The notes beneath the pieces were generated by a model. It was not told the DNA's origin and searched no databases. It saw only the letters and a list, made by a program, of their open reading frames with translations. A stretch of 64,000 bases of DNA, taken from positions 3,488,001 through 3,552,000 of the forward strand of contig OY762911.1 of NCBI GenBank assembly GCA_963666565.1, written 5' to 3'. The translations under genes and the position numbers were made by a program. Positions 38,174 through 48,522 of this stretch are shown here, in pieces. Origin of the DNA: Thermoanaerobaculia bacterium. Its GTDB lineage: Bacteria > Acidobacteriota > Thermoanaerobaculia > Multivoradales > Multivoraceae. The number at the start of each line of letters is the position of its first letter. Position 1 is the first letter of the stretch.

Positions 38174-41100
38174 CTACTCCGCCTTGAACCCGCCGGACAC
38201 CTCGCCGAGCAACCTGTCGACTTCCTCGCGAGCCTCGTTCGGCGCCTCCTCGCTCAGCACGACGCCCACCCGGAACCGGAGGCCCCAGCCCGCGCCGGCG
38301 CTCAGGAGTTCCGGAAGGCGCTCGGCGAGATCCTGGACTTCGTCGGGTTCCAGCAGCGCTTCGGAGGTCCGCGGCGACGCCAGGGGATCGGGCGCCGGAG
38401 CATCCTCCGGTCGCTGCAGCTTGAGCCCGCCCGCGTTCTCCGAACCGGCCGCGGTGCTTCCCTCGGCGACCTCGAGCCAGCGGCTTCGCACCGCGTTGTC
38501 GATGCCGTCGCGCAGCAGACCCCACGGAACCGCCTCTCCGCGCTTCCGCGACAAGGCCTGCGACAGGGCCCAACCGCTCGTCCCGCCGTCGGCCCAGCCG
38601 CCCGGCAGCGCTTCCTCGACGAGTTCCTGCGGCGTCAGACCCTCCGGCGGCGGATGCAGGGAAGCGTGCTCATCTAGCGCGCCGTAGGGCACTTCCTCCT
38701 TCCACGCCGAGGTGGGACCGTTGCGCAGCCAGACCACACCCTGCTCCACTGCGCGATCGACCGCCTCGTGGACCACGTCCTCCGAAGCGCCAGGGATCTG
38801 GAACACGTCTTCGTAGCCTTCGCGCGGCACCGTGACCGTGTAGCCGCCGCCGAAGTACTCCAGGAGGTCCGTCAAGCGCAGTTCGGTACGGTCGCCGCCA
38901 GTCCACAAGCCGGGCAACGCGTCCGGCGCCAGCGACGCCGGCGCAAGTCGAGCCAGCTCCGCGCGGCCGGGCAGCAACACCTCCAGCGCCAGCTCCTCGA
39001 CCGACTCGGGGTCCACCTCCTCCCGCCACCAGGTCCGGCAGCTACCGTCGGGCCGCGTGAGCTTCGCGACGAGCAAGCCCCGCTCCACCCCTTGCAGCAC
39101 CGTCTCGCGGACGATTCCGGGCTTCAGCACCTTCGGCAGGTGAGGCCATCGAGCGAACGCGCCGGCAAGGTCCTTGACGAACCGCGACGTCTCGCCTTCG
39201 CGCCAGAGGTCGTAGGGCCCTTCCGGCAGCAGAGCCTCGGCGTCGACCGGGGTCTCGCGGATCCGCGCCCTCTCGTCGTTCTTGATCTCCAGGAACAGCG
39301 GCCCGGCGGCGCCGGGCAGCTTGAACGCGTGCGGCGCACCCTCGGGACTCGCGGTCGCCACGATGCAGTACGCCTGGCGAACGGCATCCGGAAGCCGCGA
39401 ACGGGCCGCATGAAGCCGCTGACTCAGGCGTTCCCGGCGCACGGCATCGACGGTCTGCACCTTGAGCTGACTCTGCACGTCCTCCCAACCGAGGAGGGCG
39501 CGTACGGCGCTGCGGGCTGCCTCCAGACCGTCGCGCGACGGGACGGCGAGGACGACCGCGTTGCGGTGCACGCGCGGCCGGTCGGCGGCCGTCGTCTCCT
39601 CGAGGTAGCGGCGCGCGAGGGCGCTCGGCTTGCCCGACTCGGAAGCGGCCTCGGGTCCGAGCAGGACGTAGCGAAAGCGGCCGTCGTCCCCCACGTCCTT
39701 CGGCGAAGCAGGCAGAACGTGGACCGCCGCGCCGGCGGCGCGAGCGCCGTCCGTCAGCAACCTGGCCTTGCGGGTCGCTTCTTCAAGCCGAGTCTCGACC
39801 GCCTGCGCGGTCACGCGCTGCTCGCACGCCTCGTCGTGCATCTGCCGGAGGTTCGGCCGATTGCCGAGCCGCCAGGACTTGGGCAACCCGGCGTCGGCCA
39901 TCGGCGCATCGTCCGCGTCCTCGTCGTCCAGGAACCAGGACAGTTCGCGCCAGCGAGCCAGTCCCTTGTGAAGTCCGATCGCGTCCGGTCCGCCGGCCCC
40001 CACCATGCGGAGCAACTCAGGCGTGGATGCCTTGCGGCCGATCGGCTGGGAGTAGAGGAAGACCGAGAGCACCGCCTGTTCCGCTTCGCGACTCGCGGCC
40101 AGCGCGGGCTGTTCGCGCTGGATCTCCCTCGCCTTGCGGAGCTCCGCCTCGAGCAGCGACATCCAGTCGATGGCGGAACCCTCGCCGGTTTCCGAACCGG
40201 CCACGCCGGCAAGCTCCCGGACCGCCTCCGAAACGCCCTCCTGCCCCGGCGGCGCCAGCAGGGCCGCCGGCCCGATCAGGGGACCCTCGTCCCAGGATTC
40301 GGCCTCGCGCAGTGCGGTCGCCAGGATGCGGAGAATGCCGCGGGTGCGCTGAAAGCCGGGCAACTGCGTCCAGCGACTGTAGAAGACGTCCGTCAGATCG
40401 GGGTGAAACGGGAAGCTCTCCTCGAACCGGTCCTCCTCGGTCTTCCTCGCCTTCTTCGTCGTCTCGTCCAGCCGCGCCAGTTCGCGAACGGCGCCGATCG
40501 CCTGGGAGCGCCACGGTTCCCTGTCGCGCAGCGAGTCCGGTTCGAAGAAGCGCCGCCGCAGCACTTCCGCGACGTCCTCCTTCCGGACTGGCTGGACTCC
40601 CTCTTCCCGCTGCCGCCGAAACACGTCGAAGAGGTCCGCGATCAGCCGCCGGCCCTCGACGCCTTGCTGCCTGGCGGGATCGGTGGCGAGGAGGGACGCG
40701 ACGATGGCCGCCCGATCGACCTTCGTCACCGCCTGCGAGAGGTACTGGAAGAAGTCGACGATGCGGTCGCGCCACACTCGGTCCTGTCCCGCTTTCTCGC
40801 GGGCGTACATCAGCACCTCGTCAACCAGGATGAGGGTCCCCAGGCCACGATCCAGCGGGATCTCGAGCAGCTTGACCAGCAGCGGTTCGGCGGGCGGCGT
40901 CTCGCGCTCCTCCGCCCTGTCCTCACCGTGAATGGACCGCAGCCCGTCGTCGCCGGCCAACTGATAGGCCAGCACGCTCCATGGGTGACGCAGAACGCGC
41001 GTCTCCCCCGCCGGCGAGCGGACGCCCTCGATACCGCGTTCCACGTCGATCTTGTCGAAGCAGAGCGCCGCGACATGGGCTTCCGGCAGCGTTCCGCCCG

Positions 41101-41464
41101 CGTGTTCCCGAAACTCGCTGACCGCCGCCACATCGGGCAAGGACTCCGGCTGCCGGAACAGGTGGTACAGGGCGATCAGCGTGTGCGTCTTGCCGCCGCC
41201 GTAGGTCAGCTCCAACTGGCGGACCGCCTTGTCGCTCTGCCCGGCAAGGCGCGACGCAACGTCCTTCACGAGCTCCCGCAGCGCATACGTCGGGTACGTC
41301 AGCGCAAAGAACTTCTCCGGCTCCTCGTACACCGGCCGCTGGCCGCGCCGCAACGTGACCTGGTGCAGGTCGGCCGCGAACTCGGCCAGCGACAGTTCGC
41401 CCGTGCGCAACTCTTCCTTCAGCCGCACGACCTCGTGCCAGGGCCTGAGGCCGCTCCCGGTCAT
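38174..41464 (-). CDS. DUF499 AAA+ ATPase (restriction-like defence component)
   Basis: LRPWHEVV..FAADL, Walker A YGGGKTH, Walker B LVDE, PFHP, FQRTRG. Confidence 0.88.
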   Translation of the reverse strand: MTGSGLRPWHEVVRLKEELRTGELSLAEFAADLHQVTLRRGQRPVYEEPEKFFALTYPTYALRELVKDVASRLAGQSDKAVRQLELTYGGGKTHTLIALYHLFRQPESLPDVAAVSEFREHAGGTLPEAHVAALCFDKIDVERGIEGVRSPAGETRVLRHPWSVLAYQLAGDDGLRSIHGEDRAEERETPPAEPLLVKLLEIPLDRGLGTLILVDEVLMYAREKAGQDRVWRDRIVDFFQYLSQAVTKVDRAAIVASLLATDPARQQGVEGRRLIADLFDVFRRQREEGVQPVRKEDVAEVLRRRFFEPDSLRDREPWRSQAIGAVRELARLDETTKKARKTEEDRFEESFPFHPDLTDVFYSRWTQLPGFQRTRGILRILATALREAESWDEGPLIGPAALLAPPGQEGVSEAVRELAGVAGSETGEGSAIDWMSLLEAELRKAREIQREQPALAASREAEQAVLSVFLYSQPIGRKASTPELLRMVGAGGPDAIGLHKGLARWRELSWFLDDEDADDAPMADAGLPKSWRLGNRPNLRQMHDEACEQRVTAQAVETRLEEATRKARLLTDGARAAGAAVHVLPASPKDVGDDGRFRYVLLGPEAASESGKPSALARRYLEETTAADRPRVHRNAVVLAVPSRDGLEAARSAVRALLGWEDVQSQLKVQTVDAVRRERLSQRLHAARSRLPDAVRQAYCIVATASPEGAPHAFKLPGAAGPLFLEIKNDERARIRETPVDAEALLPEGPYDLWREGETSRFVKDLAGAFARWPHLPKVLKPGIVRETVLQGVERGLLVAKLTRPDGSCRTWWREEVDPESVEELALEVLLPGRAELARLAPASLAPDALPGLWTGGDRTELRLTDLLEYFGGGYTVTVPREGYEDVFQIPGASEDVVHEAVDRAVEQGVVWLRNGPTSAWKEEVPYGALDEHASLHPPPEGLTPQELVEEALPGGWADGGTSGWALSQALSRKRGEAVPWGLLRDGIDNAVRSRWLEVAEGSTAAGSENAGGLKLQRPEDAPAPDPLASPRTSEALLEPDEVQDLAERLPELLSAGAGWGLRFRVGVVLSEEAPNEAREEVDRLLGEVSGGFKAE

Positions 41465-42534
41465 CGATTGCGCTTCTCCCAGGCCCGCACCTTGCGGTTC
41501 GCCGCGTCGAAGATGCGCTCGTAGTTGCCGATCGTCACCGCGTGCAGCGCGTTCTCGCCCAGCCGGTCCCGGAGCGGCTCGTAGTCGCGCCAGGTCTTGA
41601 GGTAGCCGTCCGGGCCGCCCGGCGCGACGGAGTCCGTGCCGAACAGGAAGCGGTCCGGGTGGCGCTCGATCAGCGCGGCCCACGCCGCGAGGGACGCCTC
41701 GTCGCGAACGATGTACTTCGCCACCTCGTCCCACGAGAGGTCGCAGTGAACGTGGGCGAACGCCTCGTCGTCGAGCATCCGTCCGAGCTGTTCCACGTGG
41801 TCGGACGGCGGCCCAACGAAGCGGCCCAGGCCGGCGTGGGCCCAGACGATCGTCGTCCGGGGATGGTCGCGCAGCAGATCCAGCATCGGCTCGAAGTGCG
41901 CCGCGGGGTCGCCCTCCGCCGGCAGCACGACGTCGACGTCGTTGTGCAGGATGACGGCCAGCCCGGCCTCGCCGGCGAAGTCCAGCACCCGGCCGAGCGC
42001 CGGGTTGCGCAGGCTGGCCATGTGTCCCAGCACCTTGGGCGACACGAACTCCTTGTGGACCGAGAACTCGCCGATGCCGGAGAACACGCCCGGATAGAGC
42101 AGCAGCACCCGGCGAATGTGGTCCGTGGCGTACATGTCGGTGGGATTGAAGCCCACGATCATCGGGTCGAAGCGCCGCTGTTGCTCCGGCGACAGCGACC
42201 GGTACTCCTCGGCGATCATCGCGTCGACGAAGGAGTAGTAGTAGAGGGCCGCGTCCGAGCGGAGGTAGTAGTCCGGCGCCCGGTCGCCCGACTCGAAGTA
42301 GTCCCACTTCTGCTGCAACGGGATGCCGAACACGGCGACGCGGCCCACCCGGTCGCCCATGATGCCGAGCATGTCCTCCAGCCCGATGCCCCGCTGGACG
42401 TAGTTCGTCAGGTGGAAGTGGACGTCGTGGAACTCGGGCTTCGCGGGAGCGTCCTGGGCGGCCGCCGCCGACCCGGCCAGCCAGAGGGCGGCGGCCAGCA
42501 GAACCGCGGCGGTCGGTCTCGGCGGATCGGGCAC
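41461..42534 (-). CDS. Secreted amidohydrolase-family (TIM barrel) protein
   Basis: Signal peptide, DVHFH, GIGEF..HKE, LHND, WAHAG, FGTD; stop overlaps the DUF499 start (ATGA). Confidence 0.8.
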   Translation of the reverse strand: MPDPPRPTAAVLLAAALWLAGSAAAAQDAPAKPEFHDVHFHLTNYVQRGIGLEDMLGIMGDRVGRVAVFGIPLQQKWDYFESGDRAPDYYLRSDAALYYYSFVDAMIAEEYRSLSPEQQRRFDPMIVGFNPTDMYATDHIRRVLLLYPGVFSGIGEFSVHKEFVSPKVLGHMASLRNPALGRVLDFAGEAGLAVILHNDVDVVLPAEGDPAAHFEPMLDLLRDHPRTTIVWAHAGLGRFVGPPSDHVEQLGRMLDDEAFAHVHCDLSWDEVAKYIVRDEASLAAWAALIERHPDRFLFGTDSVAPGGPDGYLKTWRDYEPLRDRLGENALHAVTIGNYERIFDAANRKVRAWEKRNR

Positions 42535-42745
42535 GGTCGTCTCTCGAAACGGCTATGGATGGGGCGCGGGAGCGAACCGCGAACCTACAACACCGTCCGC
42601 GCCACGTCGGGGGTGCGCCGCCTCGCTGCCCGAGCGGCCGGAGGAGCCTGAACCGGCAGCCGGCGGCCCGGCCGTGAGCCCGTCATGCTTCGGGAAGTCG
42701 GCGCCAGGTCCGTGTCCTCAAGCCCAGATCCTGCAACCCAGAGAG

Positions 42746-45700
42746 CTACACCAGCATCCGTTGACTCGGTCCGGACGCCGCGGCGCCACGGCTCTGGAGG
42801 TGGTTCTGGATCGACTCCAGGATCGCGCGTTCGTCCGAGCCTTCCGCCGCCAGTTCGATCACGGCCTGGACGACGCGGGCGAACAGTTCGTGCCGCCACA
42901 GGCCGCGTTCGGCCAGGTAGCGGTCAACGCGGCTCTGTTCGCCGGTCTTCCAGAGTTGCATCAGCCGGTGGACGCTGTCGATGAGAGGCGGCGGCGCGCC
43001 GTCGGCCGAGGGTTCGCCGAGGTCGCGGCTTCGGCGGCGGTTCCAGGGCTTGAGGCGGGCTTCCGAGGCCGAGCCGGCCGGCAACGCGGCTGCCTCTTCC
43101 CCGTCTTCCTCTTCCGCCGGGGCGGCGCGGCCGCCGCGGGCCAACAGGTCCAGACCGCCGGCGAGTTCGGCGTCCGAGAGGTTGCACGAGACTGCGTAGA
43201 GGATGCAGGCGCCCGCGGGGGCGGGGTCGAGCCCGTAGTCGTTGCGGTGCAGGAGGTAGTAGGTGGTCAGATCGTCGAGTTCGGCGGAAGCGCTCTCTTC
43301 TCCGGCCAGCAGCCGGTTGACGACGAAGCCGACGACGATGCGCCGGACCTCGCGCAGGAACTCGGCCACCGAGAGCACTTCGCTGGGAGAGTCCGCCTTC
43401 TTGACCACGGGATGGCGGCTGAAGGCCTCGAGCGCCGGGCCGGTGGCGGCCCAGACGAAGTCCGGCCCGCGGATACCGTCGTCCCAGAATCCGCGCAGGG
43501 ACTCCGTGATGTTGGCGCGCATGTCGGCGAGGACGCGCGCGTCCCAGCCCGGCCGGGCGGCCGCCGGACGGCGGCGGCAGACGAGCCAGATCGAGGAGGA
43601 CAGGGCGGCCGAGGCCAGCGACCGTTGACGGTCGAGCCGCTCGCTCTGGATCGGCCAGGAACCGCAGGCGACGAACCCGGCCCGGATCAGAGCCGAAACC
43701 AGGGTCTCCCAGGCGTCGGGTTGCTTATTGGCGAACACGATGACGAGCCGCCCGTCCGGGCGCAGCGACTCGTGGAAGCAGCGGAACGCCCGCGCCATGC
43801 CGTCCTCGTAGTTCTGCTTGGAGGCCCGCCGGTCGCCGCCGAAGCGGCTGGCGTCGTCGATCAGTTCGCCGTCGCCCCGGCCGTGCAGAGCCTCCGCGTC
43901 CCACTTCGGCCCCGCCGAAGACGCGAACACGGTGTCTGTCTCGGAAGACAGCCCCTGAAGCGCTCGGCGCAGCCAGACGTGGAAGAAGTCCATCAGGTCC
44001 GAGTACGGGATCGCGTCGTAGTAGGGAGGGTCGGTACAGATGAGGTCGATTCCCTCGCCGCGCGGTTCGAGCCGTCCGCCGCGCTCTCGGATCCCCTCGT
44101 CGCGCGGCTGGATCGCACTCTCGGCACGCACCTCCGCGCAAGGCACGCCGGCCAACGCCTGGACGGCGTGTCCCGTGTAGCGCGCCACCCAGTCCGTCAT
44201 CCCCTCGAAGCTGCCCGAGCCACCGGAGAGCGGGTTCGCTTCGCAGTAATCCCAAACGATGGGGAGCGCGAAGCGAGCGAAGGTCTGCCGCACCGTCTCG
44301 CGCGAGACCGCCCAGGAGCAGAGGGCGCTGCCGAAGTCGGCGAGCTTGCTCAACACGCACGACAGGTTGGCGCCCAACGCCTCCCGCCACTCCTCCGGGT
44401 AGTCCTCCATGTCCTCCGCCGAGTTCCGCAGCGCGCCGACAAACGTGCCAAGCGCCAGCAACTGCCGATCCGTGAACAGCTTCCGCCATCTGTCGAACCC
44501 GTAACCGTCAACCGAGAAGGCGCGCGCCGCGCCGGCGCCGCCCCTGGGCGTCCGCTCCTCCGGAAGGCCGAACGGAACCTCCGCGAACACGCGGTGCAGT
44601 TCCTCTTCGCCAACCGTTGCGGCCTCGATTTCGGCCTCCGCAGGCAGCCGGTACTCCTTGCCCCGCTGCCCATCGACGACGACGGCCGTCATCCGCTCGC
44701 CGAGCCGCCCGGCGCGCCCTTCGTTGCGCAGGTCTGCCATCGTCGCGACGCCGCCGCAGCAAGGGCACATGGCGCCGCTGCGGCTCATCGTCCCCGCGCC
44801 CAGCCGGCGGTCATGTTCGCGGCGGCTCGCCGCGTTCCCTTCGCCTTCCGCTACGTCGTGCTCCAGAGCGAAGTCGACGCCCGTGCCGTCTTCCCGCGGC
44901 GCCATCGCCAGCAGAACCCGCTTCCCCGGCTTCTTGCACAGCCAGCGCGTCTTGAGCAGCGGAATCTCGGCCCGGCAGTTGGCGCACCGAACCGTCCGCG
45001 CCCAGAGGTACGCCACCGTCGGCTTGGCGATCCAGCGCGGGTTCGCCTCATTCTCCAGATGGACGGAGTCGAACTCCGCGTTCAGTTCGGCGACCGAAAC
45101 TCTGCCGTCGGCATCCGGCTCAAGCAGTCGCGGCGTACGCGGCCGGTACCGACGGTCTGGAAGCCGCACTTCCGCAGCGCGCAGGCCCCGCCCCTTCCGC
45201 CGTACCGGCTCGAACTCAGCGTAGGTCGGATAGCGGCCAGCCAGATCCCGCCGCGCCGCGACCAGAACGCGGCGGCCCCAGGCCCGCAGATGCCAGGGAA
45301 AGCCGGCAGCAAGGGAAGGAGGCCTGTCTCCGAGCCAGTTCTCGATCGACCAGGCACTCGCTTCGGCTGCCAGGGACGACTGGACGGCCGTTCGCTCTTC
45401 CCGCCCCGCCACGGTCCCGGAGGAGCGGTCCAACAGCGCCGACCGCATCTGCAGCGGTTCGCCGTCGCCGTGGCCCAGCCGGCGCAGTTCCTCCCGCAGC
45501 GCGGCCTTCTTCGTTACCCCCTGCGACTTGAGACAGACCTCCACGAAGTCCCGGTCCCGAAGCGCAAACTCCGGCAGAAGCAGCTCCCGGCCAGCCACCA
45601 GCCGCGGATAGTGCAACGTGCAGCGCAGCACGAACCAAGCCACCGGGTTCAAGTCCGAGGCCGTCACCTCGCAGCCCAACCGCATCGCCTCCAGAGGAAT

Positions 45701-46135
45701 CGCTCCGCCGCCCGCGAACGGGTCGAGCACCCGGGGCGCCCGGCCCCCGAACGCGTCGCGAATCTCCTGCCGCAGCTTCTCGATCTCCGGGTCGCTCTCG
45801 CGCCCCCAATGGAGCACTCCGCCAGCGGTTTCGTCCCGGAACTTCCCGCCCCGCGTCTGCCGCCGGCGTACCTCCCCACCGATGCGCGTCATCAACCGCC
45901 TCCGGCCCTCCGCGTCCCCGGGGTCTGGAAGCAGCGTCGCCAGAAGCACTGCCCGACAGGCCGCAAGCGGGCGCCGCGCCGGCCAGATGTGCAGCGTCGA
46001 GATGTGCCCGTGCCGGACGTTCTTCTCATGGACCGAGTCCAGCGAGGTCTGGCGCAGCGGAAACGCCGCCTCGATCAGCCGTCTGCCGGGGGCCGCCGCG
46101 GCCTCCTCTTGGCGCGGATTCCGGTGGTCGCTCAT
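42746..46135 (-). CDS. DUF1156 adenine-specific DNA methyltransferase
   Basis: LHIWPARRP, motif I DPFAGGG, CxxC pairs (CANC, CPCC), motif IV DPPY. Confidence 0.9.
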   Translation of the reverse strand: MSDHRNPRQEEAAAAPGRRLIEAAFPLRQTSLDSVHEKNVRHGHISTLHIWPARRPLAACRAVLLATLLPDPGDAEGRRRLMTRIGGEVRRRQTRGGKFRDETAGGVLHWGRESDPEIEKLRQEIRDAFGGRAPRVLDPFAGGGAIPLEAMRLGCEVTASDLNPVAWFVLRCTLHYPRLVAGRELLLPEFALRDRDFVEVCLKSQGVTKKAALREELRRLGHGDGEPLQMRSALLDRSSGTVAGREERTAVQSSLAAEASAWSIENWLGDRPPSLAAGFPWHLRAWGRRVLVAARRDLAGRYPTYAEFEPVRRKGRGLRAAEVRLPDRRYRPRTPRLLEPDADGRVSVAELNAEFDSVHLENEANPRWIAKPTVAYLWARTVRCANCRAEIPLLKTRWLCKKPGKRVLLAMAPREDGTGVDFALEHDVAEGEGNAASRREHDRRLGAGTMSRSGAMCPCCGGVATMADLRNEGRAGRLGERMTAVVVDGQRGKEYRLPAEAEIEAATVGEEELHRVFAEVPFGLPEERTPRGGAGAARAFSVDGYGFDRWRKLFTDRQLLALGTFVGALRNSAEDMEDYPEEWREALGANLSCVLSKLADFGSALCSWAVSRETVRQTFARFALPIVWDYCEANPLSGGSGSFEGMTDWVARYTGHAVQALAGVPCAEVRAESAIQPRDEGIRERGGRLEPRGEGIDLICTDPPYYDAIPYSDLMDFFHVWLRRALQGLSSETDTVFASSAGPKWDAEALHGRGDGELIDDASRFGGDRRASKQNYEDGMARAFRCFHESLRPDGRLVIVFANKQPDAWETLVSALIRAGFVACGSWPIQSERLDRQRSLASAALSSSIWLVCRRRPAAARPGWDARVLADMRANITESLRGFWDDGIRGPDFVWAATGPALEAFSRHPVVKKADSPSEVLSVAEFLREVRRIVVGFVVNRLLAGEESASAELDDLTTYYLLHRNDYGLDPAPAGACILYAVSCNLSDAELAGGLDLLARGGRAAPAEEEDGEEAAALPAGSASEARLKPWNRRRSRDLGEPSADGAPPPLIDSVHRLMQLWKTGEQSRVDRYLAERGLWRHELFARVVQAVIELAAEGSDERAILESIQNHLQSRGAAASGPSQRMLV

Positions 46136-46993
46136 CTGCAACGCTCGGGCTCCAGCGCCGAGCGGACCAGGTCGCCACCGTGGCAACCCTGGGAACACGC
46201 CTGCATCGCCGCCAATCGTAGCCGCCCCGCCGGCTGCACCCTACACACAAGTCATGCGACCCATCGGCGAGCCATCGAGCATGGACCACGCGTACCCCAA
46301 CAGGAGGGTGGAGTCGTTGCACACCGACGAAAGACCCGTATGGAGCCAGGCAGCGGGCTATCCCGTCAAGCGAACAGGACAAACGGGCAGCACCAGCCCG
46401 ACGCGGTGTAGGTTCCGCGGTCCGACTCCGCGGAGCAGGCGAACGAGCCAGCCTCGGCGCCAAGCGGATCTGCCATGCCGTCACCGGAACAGACTCAGCC
46501 GAAGCCTCCGGCCGAAGCGCGCCCGGCCCGCGGCAGGAAGGCCGACGAGAGCGCCAAGGTGCTCTTCATCGCCCCCGTGGTCGAAGACATGCTCAGGGCC
46601 ACCGCCCCGGCACTGTCCGCGGCGCTCGACCTGAAGGCAATCGCCGCATTCCCAGACGGCGCCGAGGCCGTCCGGGGTTTGCCGGACGATGTCGTGCGCG
46701 AGGTGTCGTTGTACCAGCCGCAGGCCTACATCACCCTCGACGCGGGTCCCGGTTCAACGATGGAGTGGCCTGAGGACAATCGCCTCATGGCGGCAGTCCG
46801 GCTTGTCCGCTGCCAAGCCGCGGAGGATCTGCCGGCCGTGTTCCTGAGGGAGTTCCGCCGGTTCTCGGGCGATCCGGCCCACGAATCCGTTCAGGCGAGG
46901 GATGTACGCCTGGGTCGAGGAAGCGCTGCTGGGCTCCCCGGAATCCGGTGTTACGCTTCCGCCGTTCGAGGCGCTCCAGGGCAAGGAGGAATC

Positions 46994-47155
46994 GGAGATG
47001 ACCTACCTGTTCGAGCAGCAGTTCAACGAGATGAAGGAAGAGAGCCGGCGCCGCGGCGTGGAGGAAGGGCGCGCGGAGATGACCTACGTGTTCGAGCGGC
47101 AGTTCAACGAGATGAAGGAAGAGAGCCGGTGCCGCGGCGTGGAGGAAGGCCACGT
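46994..47155 (+). repeat. 81-bp in-frame tandem duplication
   Basis: EMTYLFEQQFNEMKEESRRRGVEEGRA / EMTYVFERQFNEMKEESRCRGVEEGHV. Confidence 0.92.
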
Positions 47156-47336
47156 CGAAGGTCAACGCCAACTTCTGGTGACCTTGGCCGCCGACCGCTT
47201 CGGCGGAACGGCGGCGAACCGCGTATCGGAGGCGTTGAACGGGCAGCCCACCGACAAGCGTCTGGCGGAAGTGGGCAAGCTCATCGTCGCCTGCAAAGCG
47301 TCGGACGAGTTGCTCGATCGACTGAGCGGCCAGTAG
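46998..47336 (+). CDS. Putative small C-terminal Rpn protein (RpnS-like) from an internal start
   Basis: AAGGAGG at 46983-46989, 8 nt before ATG 46998; intact 112-aa frame. Confidence 0.5.
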   Translation: MTYLFEQQFNEMKEESRRRGVEEGRAEMTYVFERQFNEMKEESRCRGVEEGHVEGQRQLLVTLAADRFGGTAANRVSEALNGQPTDKRLAEVGKLIVACKASDELLDRLSGQ

Positions 47337-47415
47337 GACCGGACGGAACGAAGCGGCACTCCAGAAACCCCGCCGACAGACCCCGGCAGGCCGCTCGCGT
47401 CGTCTCCGGTTCCCG

Positions 47416-48522
47416 CTACTCGAACTCGGTGCGCTTCCCCCGCCGGAACAGGTAGTTCGGGCTGACGGCCTTCAGCTTGACGCGATCCCGCGGCAGGCGC
47501 CGGTCCTGGCGCTCTTCCGTGGGCACGATGACGATGCCTTCGCGCATGTGGCTTCCCGACAGGGTGTCGGGGCCGTCGCGGTGCTCGAGGACCAGGTCCT
47601 CGCTGAACGGCGCCACGGCGAGTTCGGGCACGCGGTCCACGCCCCACTCGTCGGTGATCCGGCGGAGCGCTTCGTAGTCCAGGAAGGCGCCGGTCGGCGG
47701 CGGCCCGAGGAACACGTCGAAGACGCGCAGCAACGGCGTCTGGAGGCCGTAGTGAAGATCCTGGACGCCGCGGCCGAAGATCTCGGCCATGACGTGGACA
47801 GGGCCTCTCGCCGACTCCTCCACCCGGCGCCAGACGCCGGTGTCCCGCAACTGCTGTTTCCAGGTTCTGAGGTAGAGGTTGTTGTCGTTCTCCTCCACGT
47901 CCTTGAACGCCAGGCCCTTGGCGCCCAGTCCCTTGGACGCCACGAGGACCGAACCGTTCGGCAGGTCGTCCGGGAGCGAGGCCTTGTCCGGCGGCGGAAC
48001 GTAGCTGAAGCAGGCGTAGGTCCCGTGCAGCTTCTCCGTCACGACCACGGTCTCTCCGGGCACAAGCGCGTCCGGGAACTTCTGGATGTTCTCGATGTCG
48101 TAGGAGACGAGGAAGCCCGCGACGTTCGAGACCTGGCCCGACATCGAGGTCGGGACTTTCGGCACGTACTTCACGATGCCGTACTCCTCGGCGAGATCCG
48201 CGCCCACTTCCGCGTCCGCCTCCGGTTCGAACACGAGGCCCTGCGAGAGCTCGCCGCGCAGCCGGATCGGACGCACGCGGTCGCCCCCCTTGCCGCCCAG
48301 GCGGCCCTTGCCGGCCTCCTCGTCCCAGAGGTTCATCCGCCGCAGCAGCGGCTCCGGCACGATGGCGTTTTCGGGAATGTAGGCGACCCGCTGGCCGCTC
48401 CTGTACCTCCCCCTGGGGACGACCGAGCGAAAGCCGCCGACCCGGGCGAGTTCCAGCCGGTCCGCGTTGGGGTGCTCCTCGACCGCGTCGAGCAGCACCA
48501 CGGGCACCTCGAACACGCTCAT
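47416..48522 (-). CDS. ATP-dependent RNA ligase, DRB0094/Rnl5 family
   Basis: N-terminal HPNADRLE (OB domain), motif I TEKLHGT, AEIFG, VFDV, REGIV, KLKAVSPNYL. Confidence 0.88.
   Translation of the reverse strand: MSVFEVPVVLLDAVEEHPNADRLELARVGGFRSVVPRGRYRSGQRVAYIPENAIVPEPLLRRMNLWDEEAGKGRLGGKGGDRVRPIRLRGELSQGLVFEPEADAEVGADLAEEYGIVKYVPKVPTSMSGQVSNVAGFLVSYDIENIQKFPDALVPGETVVVTEKLHGTYACFSYVPPPDKASLPDDLPNGSVLVASKGLGAKGLAFKDVEENDNNLYLRTWKQQLRDTGVWRRVEESARGPVHVMAEIFGRGVQDLHYGLQTPLLRVFDVFLGPPPTGAFLDYEALRRITDEWGVDRVPELAVAPFSEDLVLEHRDGPDTLSGSHMREGIVIVPTEERQDRRLPRDRVKLKAVSPNYLFRRGKRTEFE

Larger units (their letters stand above)
46475..47336 (+). pseudogene. Rpn-family (recombination-promoting nuclease/putative transposase) gene, internally deleted and frameshifted
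   Basis: N-terminal D..K.LF..P.VEDML, YQP..Y..LD; catalytic core not visible; frame change near 46886-46890; EEG..EG..L..RFG tail. Confidence 0.65.

Noticed and set aside
38174-42307. 1377-aa extended DUF499 protein / fusion with amidohydrolase
   Set aside because: The extension is an off-frame read of the amidohydrolase; the family N-terminus begins at ATG 41464
46136-46474. Lower-GC intergenic stretch as ncRNA or att site
   Set aside because: No repeat partner, long stem or recognisable motif; explained as a divergent promoter region
47337-47415. Imperfect palindrome as an integron attC site
   Set aside because: No RYYYAAC/GTTRRRY core boxes; more likely a simple hairpin between convergent genes
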